Shown here piece by piece: positions 1 through 11,234 of a stretch of 64,000 nucleotides of DNA (positions are counted from its first letter, which is position 1; the number at the start of each line of letters is the position of its first letter). Position numbers and translations under genes: made by a program. The stretch is from assembly GCA_024704765.1 (NCBI GenBank), contig JAKMXF010000033.1, forward strand, positions 892,847-956,846. Direction: 5' to 3'. Under the pieces are notes generated by a model. The model ran no database searches. It was not told the origin of the DNA and was given only the letters and a program-made list of their open reading frames with translations. This stretch comes from Oopsacas minuta. Its lineage: Eukaryota > Animalia > Porifera.

Positions 1-2
1 TC

Positions 3-1424
3 AATGATACACAGGTTACTAATAGTCCATTCAATGTTAAGGTATTCGATCCATCAAAAGTAATAGCCTCAGGTCCTGGTATTGACGGGGTAGGAATTAG
101 GGTAAACCAACCAGCTGATGTATTCCTTGACACAACTAATGCTGGAGAAGGAGAATTCCAGTGTTGTGTTAAAGGACCTGATGAAGAGAGTGAATTCAAA
201 GTAAATCCAAATGGACACGATAATACGCTACAAGGCTCGTACGTTCCTAACAAACCATCCGAGTATAATGTGTCAGTTAAAATGGAAGGATACGAAATTC
301 CTCATTCTCCTTTTAAGGTAGTTATAAGCGACTCCCTCAAGCTAAGCGGTCCAGCTATCCAATACGCGTACGTAGACCAACCTACACACGTGGATGTGGA
401 TACATCTAATTCTGGAAACAGGACCCTCTCTGCTGAACTCGTGGATCCCAAAGGTAAAAAAATCCCTACTAAGATCTCAGCTACAAGCGAAACATCTCAG
501 GAAGTAGAATTTACACCTAGAGTCGGAGGACACCATAATCTAAACTTCATGTACGGTGGCTCTCCTCTACCTTATGACATTAGAGTACTGGATCTTAACA
601 AGGTTAAGGCTTATGGACCAGGCTTAGCAAACAAAGGAAATGTTGTTAATGAAGATACTGTATTCACAGTTGAAACTGGAGGTCTCATGTCAGAGGACTT
701 GACTATAGTCATTAAAAACAAATCGTCAGATGAGGAGGTAGCTCCAGAAATAAAGAAAACCGGAGAAGATAAGTTTGAAATTGCATACAAGCCTACTAAA
801 GCTGACCTTCATAACGTAGGTATCCGTCTCGTAGGGGTTGAAGTGTGTGAGAGTCCGTATGAGGTTGCTATCTGTGATCCATTAGCTATTAAAGCATATG
901 GACCAGGATTAGAAAAAGGCATCGAGAAAACCCCAACCGAGTTCTTCGTCGAATTATGTGAAGGTGGCGAGGGATCTCTAGCAGTAGCAATAGAGGGACC
1001 AGAAGAAACAGACTTGACAATTGAACGAGAGACCGATAGCTTATACAAGTTCAGTTATACACCAGAAAGAGCTGGGGTATATGACGTCAACATAACATTC
1101 TGTGACAAACCGATTAAGCAATCTCCTTTTGTGGTGCGTGTGAGTCGAGGGCCACCAGATGCTTCAAAGTGTATCCCACAAGACATCAATGAAACAGGCT
1201 TCTTCATGATTGATGCAAAGAATGCTGGAGGCAGTGGATTGCTGGAAGTAGGAGTCTCTGGGAACAATTATCCTTGTGACTTTGTATCTGTCAAACACAA
1301 TGGCGACTATACATTCAATATTAACTATGCACAGCCAGAACCTGGTGAGACAACCATCAGTGTGAAATGGCATGGAGAACATATCAAAGGAAGTCCTTTT
1401 AACATCATTACTGAAGCCAACTGA
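3..1424 (+). CDS. Filamin, C-terminal Ig-like repeats (5'-truncated by window edge)
   Basis: Frame open from base 3 (NDTQVTNSPFNVKVFDPSKVIASGPG...) into the 270..1424 ORF; repeated filamin motifs KAYGPGL, G.G.L.V.IEGP, Y.P...G.Y.V...F....I..SPF.V. Confidence 0.93.
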   Translation, partial: NDTQVTNSPFNVKVFDPSKVIASGPGIDGVGIRVNQPADVFLDTTNAGEGEFQCCVKGPDEESEFKVNPNGHDNTLQGSYVPNKPSEYNVSVKMEGYEIPHSPFKVVISDSLKLSGPAIQYAYVDQPTHVDVDTSNSGNRTLSAELVDPKGKKIPTKISATSETSQEVEFTPRVGGHHNLNFMYGGSPLPYDIRVLDLNKVKAYGPGLANKGNVVNEDTVFTVETGGLMSEDLTIVIKNKSSDEEVAPEIKKTGEDKFEIAYKPTKADLHNVGIRLVGVEVCESPYEVAICDPLAIKAYGPGLEKGIEKTPTEFFVELCEGGEGSLAVAIEGPEETDLTIERETDSLYKFSYTPERAGVYDVNITFCDKPIKQSPFVVRVSRGPPDASKCIPQDINETGFFMIDAKNAGGSGLLEVGVSGNNYPCDFVSVKHNGDYTFNINYAQPEPGETTISVKWHGEHIKGSPFNIITEAN

Positions 1425-2478
1425 TAGAGTTCAACAACCAAATATACATGTAGGAATAATGTATAGCTGTGCTTAAAATGTTTGTGTTGTGTTGTGTTAA
1501 TTAGTTTGTTAGATATAGACTGGCATTTTGTTAGAATGATTATTTAATAGTCATTTGAAGATTATTGTATGCAAAGATATTTGAACTTGGACAATTTTAC
1601 AATTTGGTGTAAATTTGTTCAACAGAATATGGTCGACGTTTCTGATAAAAAGCATCTCTTCACTTCCCGGACTCTGAATAGTAATTTCCCTACTCTTACA
1701 ATGCAGATTTATTTCAAGTAAAAAGCAAATACGTACAATAGTATGGAACTAAATAAAGTTGAAAGCAAACCTTCCTACATACGTGATGTAATAAAATCGC
1801 ATTCAACAATTTTTGTATGGGAAGAAATACAAAATACACTATGTAGCAAATTGATTTATGGTATGTCGACTTCAATCTCCGGGTAAGTAATTGTTAAGTT
1901 ACATAACACATTTTGTATAATAGGTAATATGTTCAGAGCAAAGTATGAATATTTTTCAATAGTAAAATATTCCTACTAGGCGCAGCGCTAAGTAGAAATT
2001 AATGCATAGTGAAATATAAATGGGTTCATTACAGGATCTGATTTAAATCTGGCCCTGGTTTATTGTCGAAATATCTTAGAAATTTATCCCATTAATATTT
2101 ACAATGCAATTTAACTCCTACTTTGCGCATTACAAGTGTATTAAATTATTGTTTGTATTTTTGTTGTTATACGTAATTCTACTAAATTGTCCTATTTAGT
2201 CAGGGTTACTTATTGTGAACCTTCACAGAAAAACATAAATAAGGATTCTTATAACATGTATAGTCTATATTCGTATCTATCAAGTTGAACTACTTCAATA
2301 AATCAGTGTTGCATCTGTCCATGTAAGGAGATACATAAGTAAATTGTATAGTTTAACCCATGTAGACAATCTACTTATACAAAGATGAACTATGTAATAA
2401 TTATATATTTTCTAATTTAGCAATAACAATATCAATAAGGTAAGTACTAATTGTAAAGCAATGATTGATTTGTTATTA

Positions 2479-3058
2479 CAGTAGAACTCGGATAGACGGA
2501 CCTGAATATTGAGAATTTTTGTAACCGCTCCTATCCCGTTAATTTGGTTAAGAATAGGCTAAACTTGTCTTGTTTGTCATAGTTGTTATATGTGAATGCA
2601 TTTCAACCCCAGTAAAAGGGCCAAATTTGAGAAATCTGGTAGTATGAAACTGCAAAAAATATTCGACCTCGCTTCCTTATTCGGGATTATCTCCAAAGAA
2701 TCTAACCAGGAGAAAGAGAATCGTAATAGCTTTCTTCTGACCCTATCTCCAGCCCTGTAGCTACTAAACTGACTAAACTGACGCAGTTACGAACGTTTCA
2801 TCAACAATATTACGAAAATACTTCACTTTACCAAGCTTAAACCAGCTTTGGTGCTACAGGGTTGCTGGAAGAAATCCCCGACGATTCTCTTTCACCCTGT
2901 TATGTTTAAAGGCCCATTTGGATCGGCTTTTTGGAGATAATCCCCGATTAAGACGTATTATGTCCTATATCCCAAAATATAGTAATAATACATTGTAATA
3001 GTATACCTAGTACTAATTTTTGTTCCCTGAGGGGGTACGTCTTATCCTAGTTCTACTG
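2479..3058. mobile_element. pogo/Tc1-type MITE with internal inverted repeat
   Basis: TA|CAGTAGAACTCGGATAGACG ... CGTCTTATCCTAGTTCTACTG|TA; internal GGGATTATCTCCAAA / TTTGGAGATAATCCC inverted pair. Confidence 0.75.
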
Positions 3059-3327
3059 TATGTAGAAAGGAATGTTAAAGTATGTTGTGTAACTGTGATA
3101 GCATTCCTACTGATTCTTGGATAGTAGAAATTTCATAGAGATTTTGATATACATGGTCCGTGTATACAAGAGTAGTAGACATATCACAGTAGTAACAGTG
3201 CCTATACTATCATATTTTGGATTGGTAGTTGAATTTGTTGGCATTATTGAGTATCTATGCACTAAAAGTTTATGATTACTCTCTTCATGTAAATAAATTA
3301 TATTCAGCACAGAATAGATTCTAAGAT

Positions 3328-4659
3328 ATGGCAACTAAGCAAACACCACCACCACCAATGACCCCCAAACCAAAATATAAACTACTACTATCTCCCGAGA
3401 TTGGAAGAAATTTGTGTAGAGTCAAAGACTCGGAAGTAAATAGTACCCAAGACATGTTGACATGGACCCAGTCATATCATGACTCTAAGATCACAGGAGT
3501 AAGTCGAAACGGATCAAATACCCTCAACAGGCCAGGGATTCAAGGATACGGAGAGGAATATCGAGGTTATAGGAGAGATATTCTAATTGAGGATTTGTCA
3601 GACAGAATGAATGTCTTTTTGGTCTGTAACCGTTGTAAGGGGATCATGAGAGACGCTTGTATGTCAACTGACGGGGAACAATTTTGTGAGTGTTGTAGAA
3701 AACAAGAATCATTATACTCGGAACAGTATGAACAGACTATCCCGAATGCACACGTGAGGAACACAGTCCTGTCACTTAAGTGCTCGTGTCCCTTGTTCGA
3801 ACGGGGTTGTAAATGGCTAGGAATACTAGAAAAATGTGAGAACCATCTTGATCTGTGTAGTCATGTTTATGAGAAATGCAAACTAGGATGTGGTATAGTG
3901 TTACAGCGTCATAAACTAAAAAGACATGTCTGTGAAAAACGCAAATTTCGTGAAACTCCTTGTCAGACAGATTTCAAAGTTAGTGATATGCCTCAGGAAG
4001 AATGTCCAAAAATGGCACTGACATGTGAACTGGGATGTGGCATGCTAATTTGTTGGGAGGATATGGCACGACACCTAAAGGAGGAATGTGAAGTAGGACT
4101 AATTAAGAGGAAAGAACTCAATCAACATTTGGAAGGGAAGAGAACTGAACACACAGATTTGAAACTCAGTGCTATGGAAGATAATGTTATGCAAAAGAGT
4201 GAACTGATTGTTAAACAGAATGAAATGATTGAACAAATGTCTCAACAATTTATATCACTATGTTCCATCACCAACACTTCAAATTTCGAATGGAGAATTG
4301 AAAACGTTCAAGGTATTGTATCAGGGGACTTACCACCATGTTCTCAACAATTTCAAGTTGCTGGTTTCGATTTCAATTTGAATTTTGTAAACAATGCTAT
4401 GATAAATATTCACTTCCCGAACCAGGAAATTAGAAAACTAGACTGGCCCTTTAAAGCGAAATTTAATATTCGTTTGATTTGTCATACTGATCTAGATGCG
4501 ACTTTGCAATATGAAAGTAGAATAATTGAAATAAAACAGAAAGAATGTATTAAATTTGGGTACTACAGTGCTGCTGTTATTCAAATCGATGCTGAATATG
4601 CAACTGATGAGCATTTTATCAGAGATGGGGGAATTGATTTTGAAATATTTGTAATTTAG
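3328..4659 (+). CDS. TRAF-like protein (degenerate RING, TRAF-type Zn fingers, coiled coil, divergent MATH-like C-terminus), copy 1
   Basis: CNRC...FCECC, CSCP...GCKW.G...CENHL..C, repeated C..GCG....R..L..H...C units, C-terminal WPFKAKF; 443 aa, no intron. Confidence 0.85.
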   Translation: MATKQTPPPPMTPKPKYKLLLSPEIGRNLCRVKDSEVNSTQDMLTWTQSYHDSKITGVSRNGSNTLNRPGIQGYGEEYRGYRRDILIEDLSDRMNVFLVCNRCKGIMRDACMSTDGEQFCECCRKQESLYSEQYEQTIPNAHVRNTVLSLKCSCPLFERGCKWLGILEKCENHLDLCSHVYEKCKLGCGIVLQRHKLKRHVCEKRKFRETPCQTDFKVSDMPQEECPKMALTCELGCGMLICWEDMARHLKEECEVGLIKRKELNQHLEGKRTEHTDLKLSAMEDNVMQKSELIVKQNEMIEQMSQQFISLCSITNTSNFEWRIENVQGIVSGDLPPCSQQFQVAGFDFNLNFVNNAMINIHFPNQEIRKLDWPFKAKFNIRLICHTDLDATLQYESRIIEIKQKECIKFGYYSAAVIQIDAEYATDEHFIRDGGIDFEIFVI

Positions 4660-4710
4660 TTGTTAATACTGAATTATTACTACACATATAAATCATTTTT
4701 GTAATTGTGA

Positions 4711-5176
4711 TCTATATTATTAAATTCAATAAATTGCTATTTTTGTCTGTCTGAATCAGATTTCACACTTCAAACAAATCATATGTAAATTTAATTGTTA
4801 TTCTTTTGAATAGTAAGCAAATAGTTGAAATGTTAAAATATAGGTAAAGACTTGCTCTTAACTGCTACAATGATGTAACAAAGTATGCTGAACCCGAATT
4901 TCGCATTTTCAATTTTCTTATATGGAACTTTATTGTTGTTTTTATGGATACATGTAGCATAGCAACACAGTGGAAATCGTGTATCGAGGTACAGACATAC
5001 TCTTAACGGCTGTATAAGGGTATTCGAGTGGCTGAATCCGAATTTCGCATTTCAAGTTTCTCATCTGATACATTTTGCTATTTTATATTATACTAATTTT
5101 GAGGCACCAAGTGCCGAGTTCCATGCAAACACAAAGTGTTTGCCAGCCACGCAGCGCGACAAGCGAATCGCACTAG
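4711..5176 (+). mobile_element. Non-autonomous Helitron-like element
   Basis: A|TCTATATTATTAAA start, CTAG|T end, GCAAACAC-AAA-GTGTTTGC hairpin at 5125-5143; internal sequence shared with copies at 7095, 17642, 29101, 39.2k, 62048. Confidence 0.7.
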
Positions 5177-5431
5177 TATCATATTAAGAGAATAAGATAT
5201 TTAACCATATCATTATTAAGCCAAAACGAGATTTTATCATCTCTACCTAAAGAGACAAGAGATTACATCAACTCAAAATAGAGAAATTACGATGTTGCGT
5301 TTCATAAGCCTAGAAATATGTATATGAGTAATTAATTCTTTAAATCTAGAAATTAATACTTAAGATTACTACAATTTTCAGGTACTATCCTCAATATATA
5401 ACAAGTACGAGCAATGAATTGATTAAAAGAA

Positions 5432-6997
5432 ATGGCAGCTAAATATGTAGAAAACCTTGAACCCGAGATAGCTGAATCTTTGTGCCGAGTCAGAAGAAAA
5501 GATGGAAAATTGGGCGGTTTTAGGAAAGACATTTTGGTTGAAAATATATCAGAGACAGAGATGGCTGCCTTGCTTTGCAACCGTTGCCAAGGAATCTTAA
5601 GAATGGCATGTTTTTCAGATAGCGGCGAGCATTTTTGTAAATGCTGTATGAAATTTCTGGAACCAACATATACGAACACAAAATTGAGGAAAATAATTTA
5701 TTCACTCAAAAGCTCGTGTCCTTTATACAATCGAGGCTGTCATCAGCTAGGAAAACTAGGAAAATGTGAGAAGCACATGGCTGTATGTGAATATGTTTAT
5801 GTGCAATGTGAAGTAGCCTGTGAAATAGTGTTACCACGTCATGAGCTCAAAATACATATGAGTGAAATTTGTGTACAACGTGATATTCCGTGCGAGTACT
5901 GTGATCAATATTTCAACGTGTATGGTATGATTTACCATTTGAATCAGTGTGACAAGATGCCACTAACATGCGAACAAAGATGTGGCACAGTGGTGTGTCG
6001 CGAGAATATGGCACAACACCTAGAAAATTGTTATCTTGTAGAAGAGGAATGTAAATTAGGCTGTGGAATAGTGTCACCACGTGATGAGCTTGAAATTCAT
6101 ACGAATCACGAGTGTATACAACGGGAAATAGGATGTGAGCATTGTGGAAAGAATTATAAAGTTTGTGACATGCCTAGCCATAATAAAGAGTGCACAAATA
6201 TGCCACTGCCATGTAAACAAAAATGTGGCTCAATTGTGCATCGCAAGGATATGAGAGAAAAGTGTCGTGATATGCCTAACCATCTGGTAAAGTATCAAAT
6301 CGAACCACTAAGATGTGAACAAGGATGTGGCATATTGGTGTGTCTTGAGGATATATCACGACACCTAGATGAGGAATGTGTAGAGAAGAAGGTAGAGTGT
6401 CCGTTCATAAAGTACAAGTGTGAAGTAGGACTAATCAAGAGGAAGGAACTCAATGTGCATTTGGAGGAGAAAAGGACTGAACACACAGAATTGAAACTCA
6501 GTGCTATGGAAGAGATGGTTATGGAACAGGACGAAATGATCAGAAAAATGTCTAGCCGTTTTACAACACTTTGTTCTATCACCAAAACCACTGAACTTAA
6601 ATGGAAAATTGAAAATGTAAGAGATATTCTATCCTGCAACAGTTTTTCAACTTCAACATCTCCAAAATATGAAGTTGCTGGATTCAAATTCAATTTCAAT
6701 TTATCAAGTTATGCCTCAATCAATATTCTTTTCCCAAGCCAGGAAACATCCAAATCTTCACCTGGTAAGCTAAACTGGCCCTTCAAAGCAAAATTTTTAT
6801 TTCGTATGATTTGCCATAACGACCCAAATGGCATATTGGAATATAGAAGCAATATAATTGAAATAAGGCAGGAAGATTGCAGTAAATATGAGTACATTAG
6901 TGATCCTATTGCTCAAATAAATGCTGAACATGCAACTAGTATGTACTATATGATAGACGGTGGTATTGATCTAGAAATATTTGTAATTTTACAATAA
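5432..6997 (+). CDS. TRAF-like protein, copy 2 (more Zn-finger repeats)
   Basis: Paralogous to 3328..4659 (shared CEVGLIKRKELN.HLE.KRTEHT.LKLSAME, WPFKAKF, DGGID.EIFVI); 521 aa. Confidence 0.85.
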   Translation: MAAKYVENLEPEIAESLCRVRRKDGKLGGFRKDILVENISETEMAALLCNRCQGILRMACFSDSGEHFCKCCMKFLEPTYTNTKLRKIIYSLKSSCPLYNRGCHQLGKLGKCEKHMAVCEYVYVQCEVACEIVLPRHELKIHMSEICVQRDIPCEYCDQYFNVYGMIYHLNQCDKMPLTCEQRCGTVVCRENMAQHLENCYLVEEECKLGCGIVSPRDELEIHTNHECIQREIGCEHCGKNYKVCDMPSHNKECTNMPLPCKQKCGSIVHRKDMREKCRDMPNHLVKYQIEPLRCEQGCGILVCLEDISRHLDEECVEKKVECPFIKYKCEVGLIKRKELNVHLEEKRTEHTELKLSAMEEMVMEQDEMIRKMSSRFTTLCSITKTTELKWKIENVRDILSCNSFSTSTSPKYEVAGFKFNFNLSSYASINILFPSQETSKSSPGKLNWPFKAKFLFRMICHNDPNGILEYRSNIIEIRQEDCSKYEYISDPIAQINAEHATSMYYMIDGGIDLEIFVILQ

Positions 6998-7094
6998 ACG
7001 AATATGTTTACTGGACTATACCATCAAAATATTATTTGTAAATATAAACAATATTTTTCTTATTTACTACTATAAAATTAGGCTATATATCTAA

Positions 7095-7550
7095 TCTATA
7101 TTTTTAAATCTCAATTGTTGTTTGTTTGTTTGTCCGTTGTCAAGGAAGGGATTTACGGTATGCAATTTTGAAATTGTAGCACAACTTTGTATTTATCGTG
7201 TTTATCAAGGAAGTAAAAGAATTCAATAAAACTTCACTAAAATATATCGAACTTGCTGAATCCGATTTTCACACTTTTGGATTAATCATATGCAAACTTA
7301 TTGTTGTTTTTATGAATACAAAGTAAACAAATTAGCAAAATCCCGAAATGTACGTAGATACTTGCCCTCAACGGCTACAATGGGGGTTGATCTTACAAAG
7401 TAATTCAATAATATGTATGCCATATACGTATATTTGTGAATACATTGTTCTAAATATATCTATATTATAGGAGCCGTCAATTTGGAGAATAATGGATATA
7501 TCGAGGCGGAATGCGCCGAGTTCATCGCGAAGCGACGAAACAAAGGCTCG
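7095..7550 (+). mobile_element. Non-autonomous Helitron-like element
   Basis: A|TCTATATTTTTAAATCTC start, (TGTT)n near 5' end, TCGC-GAA-GCGA hairpin, ends CTCG|T; highly similar to 29101..29667. Confidence 0.65.
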
Positions 7551-7563
7551 TATAATATAATAA

Positions 7564-7968
7564 ATGGCAGAAAAGTCGATTGGAGTTTATCCAGAATTAT
7601 TGATGTACGCAAACAACCACTCGTGCCTGAGATATGAAGGGAATTGTGTCGAGTTAGAATGTCGGTTGTAAAAGTACCCATGTCTATTCATGCGTAGTAA
7701 GGGGAAAGGTTGAACAAAGTCTCAGTCCTCCAAAACAAATCCATGGTGACTTAAAGATCCCTATTCCGACTCCGAGGGTAAACACTTAATCCGAACCGAA
7801 TCCCGTAACATTGTCGGGAATCAAAAATGTATTGTAGACAGAGGGGAAATTCTAGGTTATAAGAGAGATATTTTACTAGAAAATTAGTCACAGAGAGAGA
7901 GAGAAAGAAAGAGTGTGTGCATTCTTGCTATGTACCATTGTAAGGGGATCATGATAGAAGCTTGAAAA
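7564..7968 (+). pseudogene. TRAF-like copy 3, 5' fragment
   Basis: ATG GCA GAA AAG start; PEI*RELCRVR, GYKRDILLEN*, FLLC.(fs)CKGIMIEA match the N-termini of copies 1 and 2, with stops and frameshifts. Confidence 0.75.
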
Positions 7969-8149
7969 TTATGCCTCACTCTATTGAAATTCACTTCCAA
8001 ATATTATTATCAACCATCAACCTTTGGCATATTATAATAATCAAATATCATTGAAAAAACAATCATTGGAGGAAGTAGCCATAAATAGCCACTCAAAAAT
8101 CTCTGCCTACAGGGCATTTATATTTGAAAGTACAAATGGGGATGGGATG

Positions 8150-8185
8150 CACAGTGTGGCAAAATGGCCATAATGGGGAAATAGG
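8150..8185 (+). repeat. Left (3') terminal inverted repeat, long-spacer end
   Basis: CACAGTGTGGCAA-AATGGCCATA-ATGGGGAAATAGG. Confidence 0.9.
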
Positions 8186-8455
8186 TAAATGAATCTGTAT
8201 TATCGCCACAATTATACTTACATATACTAAATCGACACTGTAGATTTCAAAAATACCAATGATTATTTAGTAGCACGACTATAAACCTAGTTATGACGTA
8301 ATTACTGACATTTTCTAATTTTTAACACTTGTGGTTCATTAGTGAGGATATTATGAAAGTTGATAATACATGCATGTCATGGTCTCTATTCTGCTATTTG
8401 ATAACGTACAATTTAAAGACCCTTAATTATGTATGACTATTGGATATACTTATTA

Positions 8456-10588
8456 TCATAAATCATCTGATAGTATACTATTATATAATATCTCTTGGAG
8501 GCTATTTGCAACGTCTCTTTTCTTCTTTGCGTGCATCAAACGATTCTGTACTAAGATGGGGTCACTACAACATAACAACCTGACTAAAATATCTCTAACA
8601 TTATCAGTGAAAGAAGTTTTTCTTGCAAGATTCTCCCGATACCGCCTTACAAATTTATTGCAGGATTCTAAACATTCCTCAGAGAGATTCTGTAATCCCT
8701 TACCATTATTATAAGCACCTATTAACTGAAACGAATGGGCAAGTAACTTGTGCAAAGATGGAGTGATGCTTGCCCATGGGTACTCAATTAGAATAAATTC
8801 GTACGTTTCTTTGCACAATTCTTGCATTTTGTCACAGTTAATCAAGTCACCACTGTTGAGGAGTCTTAACAAAACAGATAGATTTGTCTGGATCTTCTCT
8901 AATGATATTTTATCTGAAGGATTAATGGAAGAAGTGGCCCACGTCAAAAAGTCTCTCTTATTTAAAAAGCAGTCTCGCGCAATGTTACCAGTGGTTGAAG
9001 TGCCGCCCTGGCTTGAAGGGATATCGACACTGAAATTACATCTTTCCTGGAGTATAGCTCGAACCCGTTTCATGGAAAAATTTACTTTCGAGTTTGATGG
9101 CGCCCATACCTTGTGTCCTGCATCAAGATGGTACATCAACAGCATGAACCACCTGAATACACAAAGGTAAGCATGCAAAGGAGATGCAGCTATAATATCG
9201 ATGTTAGAAGTTGGTTGATGCGTAATACCAACACGTTGATTTGATGGGAGTTTCAAGTAATCTTCTTCATCAACCTCTTCAAAAAGTTGCCGAGCGTCGC
9301 TAATTAGTCTGTTAATAGGGAAACCAGAATGGGCCCATTCTAAACTTTTAATTTGGCTATCCGTTGCAGTACACAGATGACAAGAAGCCCCACCAGCTCC
9401 ATCCAGCAATCCTGCCATCTTGGTATCAAAAAGGGAACGGACTATCTCGACCTGTGCATGGCCTCCAATAAGAGATAACCCATCCTGTATGATATGGTCT
9501 GTTTGAGGATTGACTATTGTATTCATGATAAGCTTTACACTAGAATAATCTTCTTTCAGAGCTATCAGTGCTACTGGCCTAAAGCAGAACGGAGAGTTGG
9601 GTGAGCTGTTATAGAACACGTCATTTCCAAGTGTGTCTGTAATTGATATTACTTTGAATCCGAACAAAATGAAAGTTTTTGTGCTTAATGCAGAATTGTT
9701 GCTTTGTTGGTTATAGGTTTGATGACAACCGGAGCCATCCAATCCATCAGATATCTTAATTTTGAGTGGGTAGTGTGAATCAGGAACTGGGTCTAATGTT
9801 GAAAGCAAGCGTTGAATGGTCAGACTAAGGATGGAATGATAAGAGACGCAAGTCCCAATTGACAATGCTTCGGGGTCTCTGACTATTCCCATTTCATTTA
9901 TTAGGCTTATTTCCCTACGATATTGCGAGACAAGTTTATAGGAAGGAAGCTTAACATCACCTTTGAGAATTCTTTTCAGATTCGTGTATTTACTCGCCCC
10001 AATTTCTAATCTGTCCAATATATAAGCACATTTAGAGATTTGTACTTTGTTCAATACACCGCTAAAAGATCCCTTATCAATTATTTCTCTGCACATGTCT
10101 GAAGTATCACGGTCATAGGATTTATTTGAGACTAATTCTAAAGCTAGAGCGAGTAGTTGTTTAGGCTCAATCTTTTCTCTCTCTGCTAAAAAGTCCACAT
10201 GCTCTAAAAGAACACCAAGTCTCGATCTGGAAGTCTTCATGTGACATTCGAGAATATGCTTCCGGGATTCAGTTACAATCTGTTCTGAAAAGTTTCGATT
10301 TTCAGAATCAGTGACTAAAGAAAATTCAGGATCAAGCGATATTCTCTTTCTTGGATTGGATATTGTTAGATGAGTAGAGTGGAAAATCATATTATCCCAT
10401 GTTTCAAGATCCTTCCTGCGGTAAGCCTCTCTGGATGTTAGAAGTGATTTAAATTTTAAATGAAGAGTAGCAGTTTCTTCTTCGGATAAATGGTTGTTCT
10501 CAATAAGTTTCCTAACAGAGACTGTAACACTTCTTCCATTCGAAATATACAAACTATATGCCTCATTGTTGGTGATTAGTACAGACAT
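8456..10588 (-). CDS. RAG1-like/Transib DDE transposase (~710 aa from first ATG at 10588)
   Basis: KISDGLDGSG (D600-equivalent region), FDTKM (D708), CHLC plus LHKLLAH (Zn site), GNIAR, SEECLESCNKFVRRYRE..ARK (E962); no stops. The ORF-track start at 10597 is a TTG. Confidence 0.92.
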   Translation of the reverse strand: MSVLITNNEAYSLYISNGRSVTVSVRKLIENNHLSEEETATLHLKFKSLLTSREAYRRKDLETWDNMIFHSTHLTISNPRKRISLDPEFSLVTDSENRNFSEQIVTESRKHILECHMKTSRSRLGVLLEHVDFLAEREKIEPKQLLALALELVSNKSYDRDTSDMCREIIDKGSFSGVLNKVQISKCAYILDRLEIGASKYTNLKRILKGDVKLPSYKLVSQYRREISLINEMGIVRDPEALSIGTCVSYHSILSLTIQRLLSTLDPVPDSHYPLKIKISDGLDGSGCHQTYNQQSNNSALSTKTFILFGFKVISITDTLGNDVFYNSSPNSPFCFRPVALIALKEDYSSVKLIMNTIVNPQTDHIIQDGLSLIGGHAQVEIVRSLFDTKMAGLLDGAGGASCHLCTATDSQIKSLEWAHSGFPINRLISDARQLFEEVDEEDYLKLPSNQRVGITHQPTSNIDIIAASPLHAYLCVFRWFMLLMYHLDAGHKVWAPSNSKVNFSMKRVRAILQERCNFSVDIPSSQGGTSTTGNIARDCFLNKRDFLTWATSSINPSDKISLEKIQTNLSVLLRLLNSGDLINCDKMQELCKETYEFILIEYPWASITPSLHKLLAHSFQLIGAYNNGKGLQNLSEECLESCNKFVRRYRENLARKTSFTDNVRDILVRLLCCSDPILVQNRLMHAKKKRDVANSLQEILYNSILSDDL

Positions 10589-11234
10589 GATCCGCAAAAG
10601 GGCTACTTTAACATAGAAACATTATGATATATGATTGTAGAGTATTGGAATAACTAATAACCAGCAAAATATAGAATTTTACTGAAAAAATTTAAAACGT
10701 ATGAAAAATATATTTTTCGGATTTTTGTCCGGTCCGGACAATGAATGACGTGATAAATTTTTGGGCAGCTTTTGGCAAGCCTGGAAAGTGATTAAATAGT
10801 TGACTAAATATAGTAACATTACTTATATATTAATAACGTTTTGTCAAATTTTGTCAAACAAGAGATGCTACACTTCAATCAATGAGAAAAAATTCCAAAT
10901 TATAACTTTGGGAGGGCCAAACTAGACACCCGGAAAAAAGTACAAATGAATATCTAGACTAACCTATCAATGATTAAATTGTTGTTACAATATAGATTTA
11001 TTATCAGAAGATGTTTTTCACTCTTATATTTAGTATTTACATCAAATATGATTACATACATTAGGGCATAGGAATTTGAGGTTTGAAAATATATATTTCT
11101 ATTATTAGAAACACATAACAAAGTTGTGCGTAGTTAGGATTCCTAACTGCTTCTAATGCTGCCAATGATATTTTCGTACTAATTGAACTATGGAGAATTC
11201 GAAAAATGCATTGAAATATGTTTTTTAAAATATG

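Noticed and set aside
10598-11234. RAG2-like partner gene inside the RAG1-like element
   Set aside because: Only 673 bp upstream and 306 bp downstream of the ORF; no kelch/PHD-like ORF in either orientation.
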